A stretch of 64,000 nucleotides of DNA. It comes from Dehalococcoidia bacterium. Its GTDB lineage: Bacteria; Chloroflexota; Dehalococcoidia; UBA6926. The number at the start of each line of letters is the position of its first letter. Positions within the stretch are counted from its first letter, which is position 1. The translations under genes and the position numbers were made by a program. Positions 9,231 to 19,089 of the stretch are shown here, in pieces. The notes below the pieces were generated by a model. The model was not told where the DNA came from. It saw only the letters and a program-made list of their open reading frames with translations, and made no database searches. The stretch is from assembly GCA_963666115.2 (NCBI GenBank), contig CAXXET010000007.1, forward strand, positions 224,001 to 288,000, read 5' to 3'.

Positions 9231-10267
9231 TCGCGCTCCATTCTCAGGATGATGCGCTCGCCGTCCGGCGGGCGTTCTTCAATTGTGCCGATCCGCGCGC
9301 TGCCCTGCATGGCGGACATGACCATTGGCGCGTCCTGCGGGCGCACGACGGCGATCATTCCCATGCCCATGTTGAACACGCCATACATCTCCGTCAGTGG
9401 GATTTCCCCGCGGCTGCCGATCAGCCGAAAGATGGGCGGCACATCCCACGCGCCGCAGTCGATGACGGCGCGCAGGCCGTCCGGCAGGACGCGCGGCACG
9501 TTCTCCGCATAGCCGCCGCCCGTGACATGCGCGAGGCCGCGGATACGCCGCCGCATCGGCTTCAGTTCTCGATAATAGGGCCGGTGGACGGCCAACAAGG
9601 CCTCCGCCAGCGTCTCGCCGCCGAGTTCAGACGGCCTTTCGTCAAGATTCTCCGGGTGTTCGTCCAGGTCAAAGACGCGGCGGGCCAGCGAGTAGCCGTT
9701 CGTGTGGAGGCCAGTTGACGGCAGGCCGACGAGGACATCGCCCGCGCGAATTCCCGTTCCGTCAATGAGGTCCCACCGCTCGACTGCGCCAACGATGAAT
9801 CCGGCAACGTCGTAATGGCCCTCCCGGTATGTGCCGGGCATCTCCGCAGTTTCGCCGCCGATGAGGGCAATGCCTGCCGCGCTGCACGCCTCCGCCATGC
9901 CGCGCACAATGTCGGCGGCGTCCTGCGGATTGAGGCTGTCGGCGGCGATATAGTCCAGAAAGAAGAGCGGATCGGCGCCCTGCACCCAGATATCGTTGAT
10001 GCAGTGGTTCACGAGGTCCGCGCCGATGCTTGCGAACGACCCAGCCTGCCTGGCGACGTTGATCTTCGTGCCGACACCGTCGGCGCTGGCAACGAGTATC
10101 GGCTCACGGTAGGAATCGAGTTTGAACAGGCCGCCAAAGCCGCCGATGTCACCCAGAACGCGGCTGTTGTACGTGGACTGCGCGAACGGGCGCATCAAGC
10201 GCACGGCCTCCTGCCCCGCGCCGATGTTCACACCGGCTGCCGCGTAGCTCGACTCCGACTCAGACAC
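9227..10267 (-). CDS. purM: Phosphoribosylformylglycinamidine cyclo-ligase
   Basis: YAAAGV, DGVGTK, PLFFLDY, GGETAEMPG, GLHTNGYSL, FNMGMG; start revised to GTG 10267 overlapping the purF stop. Confidence 0.96.
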   Translation of the reverse strand: MSESESSYAAAGVNIGAGQEAVRLMRPFAQSTYNSRVLGDIGGFGGLFKLDSYREPILVASADGVGTKINVARQAGSFASIGADLVNHCINDIWVQGADPLFFLDYIAADSLNPQDAADIVRGMAEACSAAGIALIGGETAEMPGTYREGHYDVAGFIVGAVERWDLIDGTGIRAGDVLVGLPSTGLHTNGYSLARRVFDLDEHPENLDERPSELGGETLAEALLAVHRPYYRELKPMRRRIRGLAHVTGGGYAENVPRVLPDGLRAVIDCGAWDVPPIFRLIGSRGEIPLTEMYGVFNMGMGMIAVVRPQDAPMVMSAMQGSARIGTIEERPPDGERIILRMERE

Positions 10268-11681
10268 GCAGGGGGAGCCGCTCCAGCGCAAATTTATCAA
10301 GCTCAACCTGGACGGGAACAGAGTATTCGCCCGTGAAACAGGCCGTGCAGAATCCCGGGCCCTCCTGGGCGACTGACTGGTACAGGCTCGGGACATCGAG
10401 GAATCCGAGGCTTTCAACACCGAGTTCGTCACGCACCTCTTCAACGCTGCGATCCGACGCGAGCAGCTCCGCCCGATTCGGCATGTCGATTCCGTAGTGG
10501 CAGGGATAGCGGATGGGAGGAGCGCAGACGCGGAGGTGTATCTCTTTCGCGCCCGCGCTGCGGAGAAGTTCGATCAGGTGGCGCGTGGTCGTGCCGCGCA
10601 CGATGCTGTCGTCCACGATCACAAGGCGCTTGCCCTCGATCACTTCGCGGAGCGGCGTCAGCTTCAGGCGCACGCCCTCGTCGCGCAACCGCTGATCCGG
10701 CTGGATGAACGTGCGGCCAACATAGCGGTTCTTGACCAGCGTCTCGTAGAAGGGGATGCCGGAGCCGTGCGCGTAGCCGATGCCGGCGGCGGTGGCGGAG
10801 TCCGGTACGGCGCTCACAATATCCGCTTCGACGGGGTGCATCCGGGCCAGTTCCTTGCCCATTGCCTCCCGGCTCAGGTAGACGCGCCGGCCTTCAAGGA
10901 CGGAGTCCGGGCGGGAGAAATAGATGTGCTCGAAGATGCAGAGTGATCGCGCCTCGCGGCGTCCGAACGTGGAATGGATGCCGGTTGAATCAATGCGGAC
11001 AATCTCGCCGGGCTCCACCTCGCGAACGAACTCCGCGCCGACGTTTTCCAGCGCGCACGTCTCGGACGCGGCCATCCAGCCGGACTCAGCGACGCGCCCG
11101 AGGCTCAGTGGGCGGAATCCGTGCGGGTCCCTGACGGCATAGACGGCGTCCTTTGTAAGAATGGTGAGGCTGTACGCGCCCTCCAGTCGGAGCATCGCCG
11201 CCATGATCTTCTCTTCCCACGTTGTGCCGGGGAGGACGGCAATGAGCTGGGCGACGACTTCCGAATCCGTCGTTGTCACGAATTGCGCGCCAAGTTCCAG
11301 CGCCTCCTCCCGCAGGAGTTCAGCGTTGACGACGTTGCCGTTGTGCGCGATGAGAACTTCGCCGAGAGGGCCGTTTGCCGGAATCGGCTGCGCATTGGCG
11401 AGGGTGGAACTGCCGGTGGTGGAGTACCGTGTGTGGCCGATGGCGAGGCTGCCTGGGATGACGTTCAGGGTGTGCTCATCAAAGACGCGGTTCACCAGTC
11501 CGAGGCCGCGATACAGGTGGAGCTCCTGGTTGTCGTCGGAGGCGGCGATACCGGCGCTTTCCTGGCCGCGGTGCTGGAGGGAGAAGATGCCGAAAAAGGC
11601 AGCCCGCGCGGCATCGCCGCCCGGTAGGTAGATGCCAACGACGCCGCAAGCGTCGTGCAACTTGTCGTCGTCCACTCTCAC
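10260..11681 (-). CDS. purF: Amidophosphoribosyltransferase
   Basis: Propeptide + CGVVG, QHRGQESAG, GHTRYST, CIFEHIYFSRPDS, VDDSIVRGTT. Confidence 0.98.
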   Translation of the reverse strand: MRVDDDKLHDACGVVGIYLPGGDAARAAFFGIFSLQHRGQESAGIAASDDNQELHLYRGLGLVNRVFDEHTLNVIPGSLAIGHTRYSTTGSSTLANAQPIPANGPLGEVLIAHNGNVVNAELLREEALELGAQFVTTTDSEVVAQLIAVLPGTTWEEKIMAAMLRLEGAYSLTILTKDAVYAVRDPHGFRPLSLGRVAESGWMAASETCALENVGAEFVREVEPGEIVRIDSTGIHSTFGRREARSLCIFEHIYFSRPDSVLEGRRVYLSREAMGKELARMHPVEADIVSAVPDSATAAGIGYAHGSGIPFYETLVKNRYVGRTFIQPDQRLRDEGVRLKLTPLREVIEGKRLVIVDDSIVRGTTTRHLIELLRSAGAKEIHLRVCAPPIRYPCHYGIDMPNRAELLASDRSVEEVRDELGVESLGFLDVPSLYQSVAQEGPGFCTACFTGEYSVPVQVELDKFALERLPLRV

Positions 11682-11789
11682 CTACCGGTGACCATCAGGC
11701 TAGACTCCCCGGTCATTGCCTCAGCGAAACAAAGGCTAGGATACCAAATCTCAGGCGGGAGCGCACGCCGAGAGGCAGGGGAACATCCG

Positions 11790-12986
11790 CTAGCCCGTCA
11801 CGGCGGCGATGGCGTCCTCCAGGATTGCGACGCCCTTGTCCATGTCCTCGTCTGAGAGCGTGAGGGGGGGCATGAGGCGGAGCGCGTTTGGGCGCACACG
11901 GTTGACCAACATGCCGCGCTCCAGGCAGGCCGCGAGCAAATCGCCCGCGATTTCCTCAGTGAATTGCACGGCCACGAGCAGGCCCATGCCGCGCACCTCA
12001 GCGATAGAAGATTGCCGGTCGGCCACCCCTTTGAGAGCGCCAAGCAGCCGCTCCCCGGACGCCTGGACACGCCCCGGTATGTCTTCCGCAAGAACGGTGC
12101 GGAGCACGGCGAGCGCGGCGGCAGTCGTCAGCACGTTTCCGCCGTACGTGGAACCGTGGTCGCCGTAGGTGAGCGCGTCCGCGTGGTCCTTGGTGAGAAA
12201 CGCCCCGATGGGCACGCCGCCGCCGAGTCCCTTCGCCAATGACATGACGTCCGGCTCTACTCCAAACGCCTCGTACCCGAAGAGATGGCCGAGTCTGCCG
12301 ACCCCTGTCTGCACTTCATCCAGGATTAGCAGCAGGTTGTTCTCATCGCACCATGCGCGAACACCGGGCAGGTAATCGGGATCGGGAACATTGACGCCGC
12401 CCTCGCCCTGCACCGGCTCCAGCATCACGGCCACGGTGCGCTCCGATGTCGCCTCGCGGATGGCGGCCATGTCATTGAACGGGACGTGGACGAATCCGGG
12501 GGTGAGCGGCTTGAAACCGTCCTGGTAGTGCGGCTGGCCTGTGGCCGCGACGGTCGTCATCGTCCGGCCATGAAACGATTCCAGGGCGGTGATGATCTCA
12601 TAGGCGCCGTCCTTGTGGAGCACGCCGTAGCGGCGGGCAACCTTGATCGCGCCCTCCACGGCCTCAGCGCCGCTGTTGCAGAAGAAGACGCGGTCCATGC
12701 AGGAATTGTCGATGAGAAGTTGCGCGAGCTCGATCTGCGGAACGGTGTAGAAGGCGTTGGACGTCTGAATCAGTGTCTCGGCCTGCTCGGCGATCGCTTT
12801 TGTCATGGCCGGGTGGGAGTGTCCCAGTGTGGCCGTTGCCCATCCGCCCACGAAGTCCAGGTACTCCTTCCCCTTGTCATCCCACACCGTGCTGTCCTTG
12901 CCCCGCACGAGGGTGACCGGAACGCGGCGCACCGTCTGCATGTAATAGTCGGACTCTACCTGCTGCCAGTCTTTCGACGTTGTCAT
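11790..12986 (-). CDS. argD: Acetylornithine aminotransferase
   Basis: NSGAEAVE, FHGRT, EPVQGEGG, DEVQTG, AKGLGGG; clustered with argB/argJ. Confidence 0.92.
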   Translation of the reverse strand: MTTSKDWQQVESDYYMQTVRRVPVTLVRGKDSTVWDDKGKEYLDFVGGWATATLGHSHPAMTKAIAEQAETLIQTSNAFYTVPQIELAQLLIDNSCMDRVFFCNSGAEAVEGAIKVARRYGVLHKDGAYEIITALESFHGRTMTTVAATGQPHYQDGFKPLTPGFVHVPFNDMAAIREATSERTVAVMLEPVQGEGGVNVPDPDYLPGVRAWCDENNLLLILDEVQTGVGRLGHLFGYEAFGVEPDVMSLAKGLGGGVPIGAFLTKDHADALTYGDHGSTYGGNVLTTAAALAVLRTVLAEDIPGRVQASGERLLGALKGVADRQSSIAEVRGMGLLVAVQFTEEIAGDLLAACLERGMLVNRVRPNALRLMPPLTLSDEDMDKGVAILEDAIAAVTG

Positions 12987-13049
12987 GTGATTCTCTCCAT
13001 TGCCGCCGGTGGATACAACGGAGGTTGAGAGTCGGCCAGCCGGTTAGCC

Positions 13050-15800
13050 TTACGCCGCTCTTTCCTCCTCTTCTTCCAGCGCTTCGTCTATCGTTCGGGC
13101 GATGTCCTCGATTTGTTGGGTGAGCTCCTCCGCAGAATCGCGCAGGCCGTCAAGCTCGGAGCGCAGCCGCTCGATGACAGTCAGCGGCGTTGTGCCGTCT
13201 TCGCCGGTTGGCTGAGGCCGCGTCTCGCGGATGGCGGTCGTGCCACCCTGCCTGGCGAGAAGGTTATTGAGCGACTGGCTCAACGACGGAAGCATCACGG
13301 GCTCCTCGCCCTGCTGGACGAGCACGACACGCGTCAACTGCGGATACTCAATGTCCTCGGCCTTGAGGTAGATTGGCTCCGCATAGATGATGTTGTCGCC
13401 GACCGGGATGACGAGCAGATTCCCGCGCAGGACGTTTGATCCGGCCTGGTCCCACAACGTGAATTGCTGGGAGATCTCGGGGTTGGTGGTGATGCGCGCC
13501 TCAACCTGTTGCGGGCCGTCTATCTGCCGCTCCTTCGGGAACGTGTAGGCGATGAGCGAGCCGTAGTTTTCGCCGTCGTTCCGGGCCGCCAGCCAGCCGA
13601 CAAGATTCGGCTTGCCGTCCGGCGTGAACGGCATGATCAGCACGAACTCCTCCTGCTCTTCACCCGGCAGGCCCATGATGAGGTAGTAGGGCTCCATGAC
13701 CTGCGCCTGGTCGCTGAAGAAGAGCTCCAGCGGGAAGTTCCACAGATCCTCCTGGTTGTAGAAAACCTGCGGGTCCGTCATGTGGAACTTGAGATATTTG
13801 TCCGCCTGGATGGTGAAGAAGTCCTCCGGGTAGCGCAGGTGGGAGCGCAGGGACTCCGGCATCTCGCTCATCGGCTTGAACAGGTCCGGGAACACGCTCC
13901 GGTACGTCCTGATGATTCCGTCCGATTCGTCCGCGATGTAGAGATCGACAGAGCCGTCATAGGCGTCGATCACCGCCTTGACGCTGTTGCGGATGTAGTT
14001 GAATCCCCTGGGCGCGGGCTCCGAATACGGGAAACGGTCACTGATCGTGTAAGCGTCCTGAACCCAGTAGAGCTTGCCGTCCGCAACGACGATGTATGGG
14101 TCGGAATCGAGTGCAAGGAACGGGGCAAGATGGCCGACGCGCTCCTGGATGTCCCGGAAGTACAGTATCTGGCTCTCGTCAGTGATTGCGCCTGTGATCA
14201 GGATGTTGAGATCAGTGAATCGCCACGCGAAGAGGATGCGGGACAGCAACCCGCTGATGGAGACACCGTCCCCCTCAAACGACTGGTAGACCGGCCCGGC
14301 GTCTGTTGGATGGTCAAATTCGGGCGTCGTACTTCGCACAATAACCCAATCGTCCGTCGCTTCCCCGAAATAGACCTGCGGGATGTCGACGCCCGGCGCG
14401 CCGGTGACGGGCTCCGGTGGAATGTCCTGCAAAAAGAACTCCGGCAGGCCGTCCTGTGTGAATTCCGTCACAGGGCTCATTGCCGCGCCGTACCCGTGCG
14501 TGTATTGAAGCCGCTGGTTGACCCACGTTTGGGCCTGCGGGTCCAACTGTGACTGCACCAGTTCCCGCGTGCCGACCATCACCTGGCGATAGTCGCCGTC
14601 AATGGTGTAGCGGTCGATATCGATGTCGAGGAACGAGTATTGCAGCCGGAAGAACTGGATCTGGTTATAGACATCACGGAGAGGCCGGTGATCCCAGAGG
14701 CGGATGTTCTCGAACGTGCCCGGGTTATCGTCCACGATCTCATGGGTGATGCTCTCCGGGCTTGAATCGTATGGCTGCTCTTCAATGCGATTGAGCGCAA
14801 ATCCTTCCCGTGTCATCTCGATGCTGCGCTCGATATAGGTTTGCTCGCGCTCAAACTCGTTCGGCTGAACCTGGAAACGCTGAACGGCGGCGGGCAGGAG
14901 TCCGGTGCCGACGGTCAGCGCCAGGAACCAGATGCCGATCGCCGCAAACGGCAGGCCCTGCCAGCGCAGGAACGAGTTGGCCGCAAGCAGGATGGCGACC
15001 AGGATGCTGATGACAATGAGAACGCGCAGCGCGGGCTGTCTGATGACGACATCCGTGTACGCCGCGCCGTATGCCGCGCCTCGCGCCGAGTACAGGAGCT
15101 CCTGCAGGCTGAGCCAGTAACCGATGGCAAGCAGCAGGAAGAATATGACACCCAGGGCGGAGAGATGGGCGCGGAGCGTCGGCGTCAGCTGGAACTGGAA
15201 GCCGCCAAGCGCGAAGTTGATGGCGTAAATGCCCACGGCAAAGAGAGCGTTGACGATGACCACACCCAGCGCCCACCCCTGCAGGAATCGATAGAAGGGG
15301 AGATCAAACAGGTATGCCGCGACATCGCGGTTGTAGAGCGGGTCGGTCAGGTTGAACATCTCCGCGTTTGTGAACCGCAGCGCCGTTTCCCAGTACCCGG
15401 ACGCCGCGGCGCCAAAGACGATCGACAGCAGGACGCCGGCGACGATGAGACCGATGACGACCAGCCGCCGCGCCCACGTGAGCGCCTCGAGCGGGATGTT
15501 GAGCGCCGCCTCTGGCGAGATCCCCTTCGGCGAATACCGCTGTGCCAGGTAAACGTTCGCCCCAAAGACGGCGGCGAAGACCAACGCGCCGACCACGAAC
15601 AGGGTGACGCGGGTCGTGAGGATTGTCGTGAAGACGGACAGATAGCCCAGATTGTCGAACCAGAGCCAATCGACGTAGATGTTGGCAGCTATCGAGCCGC
15701 CAATCCAGAGGAGAAGCAGCGCGCCGAGCGGAATCGCCCAGTTGAGAATCGATGAAAGGCGGGGCGGCTCTCGCCGCTCGAATTCGTCCAGAAAGCTCAC
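13050..15800 (-). CDS. UPF0182 family membrane protein
   Basis: YVDWLWF, NIRLWD, YTHGYG, NYIRNSVK, LRYPED, GNLLVIP motifs. Confidence 0.95.
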   Translation of the reverse strand: MSFLDEFERREPPRLSSILNWAIPLGALLLLWIGGSIAANIYVDWLWFDNLGYLSVFTTILTTRVTLFVVGALVFAAVFGANVYLAQRYSPKGISPEAALNIPLEALTWARRLVVIGLIVAGVLLSIVFGAAASGYWETALRFTNAEMFNLTDPLYNRDVAAYLFDLPFYRFLQGWALGVVIVNALFAVGIYAINFALGGFQFQLTPTLRAHLSALGVIFFLLLAIGYWLSLQELLYSARGAAYGAAYTDVVIRQPALRVLIVISILVAILLAANSFLRWQGLPFAAIGIWFLALTVGTGLLPAAVQRFQVQPNEFEREQTYIERSIEMTREGFALNRIEEQPYDSSPESITHEIVDDNPGTFENIRLWDHRPLRDVYNQIQFFRLQYSFLDIDIDRYTIDGDYRQVMVGTRELVQSQLDPQAQTWVNQRLQYTHGYGAAMSPVTEFTQDGLPEFFLQDIPPEPVTGAPGVDIPQVYFGEATDDWVIVRSTTPEFDHPTDAGPVYQSFEGDGVSISGLLSRILFAWRFTDLNILITGAITDESQILYFRDIQERVGHLAPFLALDSDPYIVVADGKLYWVQDAYTISDRFPYSEPAPRGFNYIRNSVKAVIDAYDGSVDLYIADESDGIIRTYRSVFPDLFKPMSEMPESLRSHLRYPEDFFTIQADKYLKFHMTDPQVFYNQEDLWNFPLELFFSDQAQVMEPYYLIMGLPGEEQEEFVLIMPFTPDGKPNLVGWLAARNDGENYGSLIAYTFPKERQIDGPQQVEARITTNPEISQQFTLWDQAGSNVLRGNLLVIPVGDNIIYAEPIYLKAEDIEYPQLTRVVLVQQGEEPVMLPSLSQSLNNLLARQGGTTAIRETRPQPTGEDGTTPLTVIERLRSELDGLRDSAEELTQQIEDIARTIDEALEEEEERAA

Positions 15801-16606
15801 GCCATTGCTCCTGCCGTTGCGGCCGGTTCAGTTTCCTTCACAATACTCGTGCCGGCGCCGTGCTCGAGCGCGTCACGCAGGGCATTCGGCACGCGGCCAT
15901 CGATAATCTGCGCAGTCCGGGCATGGGCAAGCGCATTCAGGCAGGCCGTCACCTTGGGAATCATGCCGCCGGTGATGACATTATCCCTGATCAGTTCCTG
16001 CACGCGCTCCTCCGTCAGGGTGGCCAACAGTTCCCCGTCCAAACCCAACACACCCGGAACGTCTGTCATGAAGATGACGCGGTCCGCCTCCAACGCGCCG
16101 GCGAGCGCGCCGGCCACGGAGTCCGCATTGACGTTCAGCAGCCTGCCCTTGTCATTCACGTCGACGGAGACGGGGGAAAAGACGGGGATGAAATCGTGAT
16201 GGAGGAGGCCGGTGATGAGGTCGGTTTGGATGGAGGCAACCTCGCCGACGCGGCCAAGCTCAGGGTCTCTCACTTCGGCGGCGATAACCGCGCCGTCCGC
16301 GCCCGTCAGGCCAACGCCTCGGCCGCCCGCCTCTCCAATAGCCGCCACGATGCGGGTGTTGACCAAGCCGCAGAGGACAGCGGTGACGACATCCAGGGCC
16401 TCATCACTCGTGACACGCAGTCCGCGCACGAAGGTCGATTCGACGCCCGCCTGGTCGAGCCACTTCGAGATTAGGGGGCCGCCGCCGTGGACGACGACAG
16501 GCGAGACGCCCTGACGTTGCACGGCGACCAGGTCCTGGAACGTGGTGTCCTCAGGGCCGAGGGCGTTTCCGCCGATCTTGACCACGATTCGCGCGTTTTC
16601 TGCCAT
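15797..16606 (-). CDS. argB: Acetylglutamate kinase
   Basis: VVKIGG, VHGGGP, GLRVT, NVNAD, TDVPG, GGMIPK. Confidence 0.97.
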   Translation of the reverse strand: MAENARIVVKIGGNALGPEDTTFQDLVAVQRQGVSPVVVHGGGPLISKWLDQAGVESTFVRGLRVTSDEALDVVTAVLCGLVNTRIVAAIGEAGGRGVGLTGADGAVIAAEVRDPELGRVGEVASIQTDLITGLLHHDFIPVFSPVSVDVNDKGRLLNVNADSVAGALAGALEADRVIFMTDVPGVLGLDGELLATLTEERVQELIRDNVITGGMIPKVTACLNALAHARTAQIIDGRVPNALRDALEHGAGTSIVKETEPAATAGAMA

Positions 16607-16693
16607 TATCCTTCCACGCCAGCCGCATCACGCGGCACCATTCAGACTACCAGAGTAGCGAATGCGGGGAACGCGCGCAGTACCGGCGCGCTC

Positions 16694-17905
16694 TCAGGTG
16701 GTGTATTCGCCGTTGATGCGGACGTATTCATAGGAGAAATCGCACGTCCACGCCGTGGCCGCGCCGCCGCCGAGGCCAAGTGCCACGTCAAATCGCACCT
16801 CTGGCTGCTTCATGCGCTCAACGGCGTCGTCCCTGTCAAAGGGCACAGCCTGCCCGTTCTCCAGCACACAGATGTCGTTGAAATGCAGCGTCACGCGGGA
16901 TTCCTGCATTTCGATGCCGCTGCGACCCAGCGCCATCATGACACGGCCCCAATTGGGATCATTGCCGAAGACGGCGGTCTTGACGAGCGGGGACGTGGAG
17001 ATGACGCGGGCGGCCTGCCTCGCGTCGTTGTCAGTGAGCGCGCCGGACACGGTGATTTCAATAAGCTTGGTTGCGCCTTCGCCGTCACGCACGATGGCCT
17101 TGGCCAACTCCATCGAAACGTAGGTGACGGCGTCCTCTATGAGCTTCTCATTTTCTCCGCCGTTAATCGCCTCGTTGCCCGCCGCGCCGTTGGCAATCAC
17201 GATCAGGGTGTCGTTCGTGGACGTGTCGCCATCCACGCTGATCATGTTGAAGGAGCGGTCGGTGGCGCGCGTGACGATCCTCTGCAGGCAACCCTGCTCC
17301 ACGGCAGCATCCGTCGTGATGAACGCGAGCATCGTCGCCATGTCCGGGTGGATCATGCCTGAGCCCTTTGTCGCGCCCGCAACAGTGATTGTTTGCCCGC
17401 CGATCTCCACCGTGACGGCGCTCTCCTTGGACGCAAGGTCCGTCGTCATGATTGCAAGCGCAAAGTTGTGGCCGGCATCATCCGCGAGTTCAACGGCATC
17501 TATGCCGCGGCGCATGACGTCCATGGGCATGGGCACGCCGATGACGCCGGTGCTGCAAACGAGGACCTCTTCCAGGCGCAGGCCCAGCTTGTCCGCCACC
17601 ATCTGCGCGGAGGCGCGGGCGTCCGTCATGCCCTGCTCTCCGACGGCAGCATTGGCGTTGCCGCTGTTGACGACGACGGCGCGGGGGGCGGCGCGTCCGA
17701 TATGCTCACGGCTGACAATGACGGGCGCGGCCGTGACCTTGTTCTTCGTAAAGACAGCCGCGCCGGTCGTCTCGCCATCCGCGGCGAGGATGGTGACGTC
17801 CATGACGTCCTCCGGCGTATCCGAGCGGATGCCGGCGTGAACCGCCCCTGCGCGGAAGCCGCGCGGCGAGGTGACGGAGCCGTTTTCAATGGGAGTAAGA
17901 GCCAT
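16694..17905 (-). CDS. argJ: Bifunctional ornithine acetyltransferase/N-acetylglutamate synthase
   Basis: NSGNANA, STGVIG, IMTTD, KGSGMIHPDMATML, DGDTSTND, DGEGATK, DPNWGR. Confidence 0.98.
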   Translation of the reverse strand: MALTPIENGSVTSPRGFRAGAVHAGIRSDTPEDVMDVTILAADGETTGAAVFTKNKVTAAPVIVSREHIGRAAPRAVVVNSGNANAAVGEQGMTDARASAQMVADKLGLRLEEVLVCSTGVIGVPMPMDVMRRGIDAVELADDAGHNFALAIMTTDLASKESAVTVEIGGQTITVAGATKGSGMIHPDMATMLAFITTDAAVEQGCLQRIVTRATDRSFNMISVDGDTSTNDTLIVIANGAAGNEAINGGENEKLIEDAVTYVSMELAKAIVRDGEGATKLIEITVSGALTDNDARQAARVISTSPLVKTAVFGNDPNWGRVMMALGRSGIEMQESRVTLHFNDICVLENGQAVPFDRDDAVERMKQPEVRFDVALGLGGGAATAWTCDFSYEYVRINGEYTT

Positions 17906-17999
17906 GGTCGTGACCTACAGAACCTTGTCCAGTCATGCTAGTGAAAGACTAATCCTATAGCATTGAAGGGGATTCGGGATAGCGGTCACCGGAGAGCAG

Positions 18000-19070
18000 T
18001 TGATGACAACTGGCAGCGGTTGGAGGGAAGTCGTGGGGCGGCGCGTTTTGCGGCGCGCCGGAGTCCTGCTGGCGTTTGGCGCGTTGATGTTGGCGATGGC
18101 GTGCGACGCGAGCGAGACGGAGAGCACGGCGTCATGCACCGGCGGGACGCCCCTGGGCTTCAGCTTCTACGCGCTGTACGAGCCCGTCAGTTACTCGGAA
18201 GACCCCGACCCGGATTCAGCGGGCTTCCTGACGCACAGGGGCTACGAGGCCGACTTGCTGACGGCCCTCGAGGCGATGGAAGGAGCGGAACTCCGGTTCG
18301 AGCGCTCCCCTGTCACGGAATGGGCTGACAACTGGCTTCTTTCAGGAGGGCCGGATTTCGACGTGTCCGGCGGCGGCATCACAATTCGGGAATCACGCGA
18401 ACAGGACGCGGACGGCAATGATCGCGTCCGATTCACTGACGGACACATCGCCTTCCGGCAGTCACTGCTGGTTCGAGAGGCTGACGCGAATCGGATTAAC
18501 TCGTTCGACGCGCTGACGGGCGACGTTCGGGTTGGGGTTTTCGTCGCCACCACCGGCGAGGCGCGCCTCTTGCAGCTAACGGGCCTGGCGGATGACGACG
18601 GTACGTTGGCAGCCGGGACGATGGTGACGACGCCTGCGGGAGTCGTTACGGCGGACGGGACGCCCGCGTACGCGATTACGGCAGCGGGCGCAACGCCCAA
18701 TCTCGATGGACGCAGCAGAATCGCCCCGCCGTCCGCGGACATCCCTGAGCTGGTTTACCTGGACGACGCACAGGGCGGAGAGGCGGAGCTCATAGCGGCG
18801 CTCTATAACAAGGAGGTTGACGCCGTGGCAGGAGACGGCCTGGGCAACATCGACGCGGCGGCGAACGCGCCGGAGGGCGGGCTTGTCGTCTCGGCTTACG
18901 ATCCCGAGGTGGAGTACGGCGGCTTTACCGTGTCCGCCGCAGAGCCGGAACTGCTGTCGTGCCTGAACGACACGATCAACTATCTGACGGACAATCGCGC
19001 GATTGGCTACAAGGACTGGCAGGCGGACCCGGACGTTTTTCTGGACAGGGCGCGGCGCTGGGAGCCGTAG
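18000..19070 (+). CDS. Orphan substrate-binding lipoprotein (PBP family 3-like)
   Basis: Lipobox LAMA-C, GYEADLL, GGITIRESR; no permease nearby; start uncertain. Confidence 0.75.
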   Translation: MMTTGSGWREVVGRRVLRRAGVLLAFGALMLAMACDASETESTASCTGGTPLGFSFYALYEPVSYSEDPDPDSAGFLTHRGYEADLLTALEAMEGAELRFERSPVTEWADNWLLSGGPDFDVSGGGITIRESREQDADGNDRVRFTDGHIAFRQSLLVREADANRINSFDALTGDVRVGVFVATTGEARLLQLTGLADDDGTLAAGTMVTTPAGVVTADGTPAYAITAAGATPNLDGRSRIAPPSADIPELVYLDDAQGGEAELIAALYNKEVDAVAGDGLGNIDAAANAPEGGLVVSAYDPEVEYGGFTVSAAEPELLSCLNDTINYLTDNRAIGYKDWQADPDVFLDRARRWEP

Positions 19071-19089
19071 ACGGTAAAGGACAACCTAG

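Noticed and set aside
11682-11789. Purine/ZTP riboswitch upstream of purF
   Set aside because: Only weak hairpins; no recognisable consensus
17906-17999. ARG box upstream of argJ
   Set aside because: AT-rich but no convincing TGAATA-N-TATTCA palindrome
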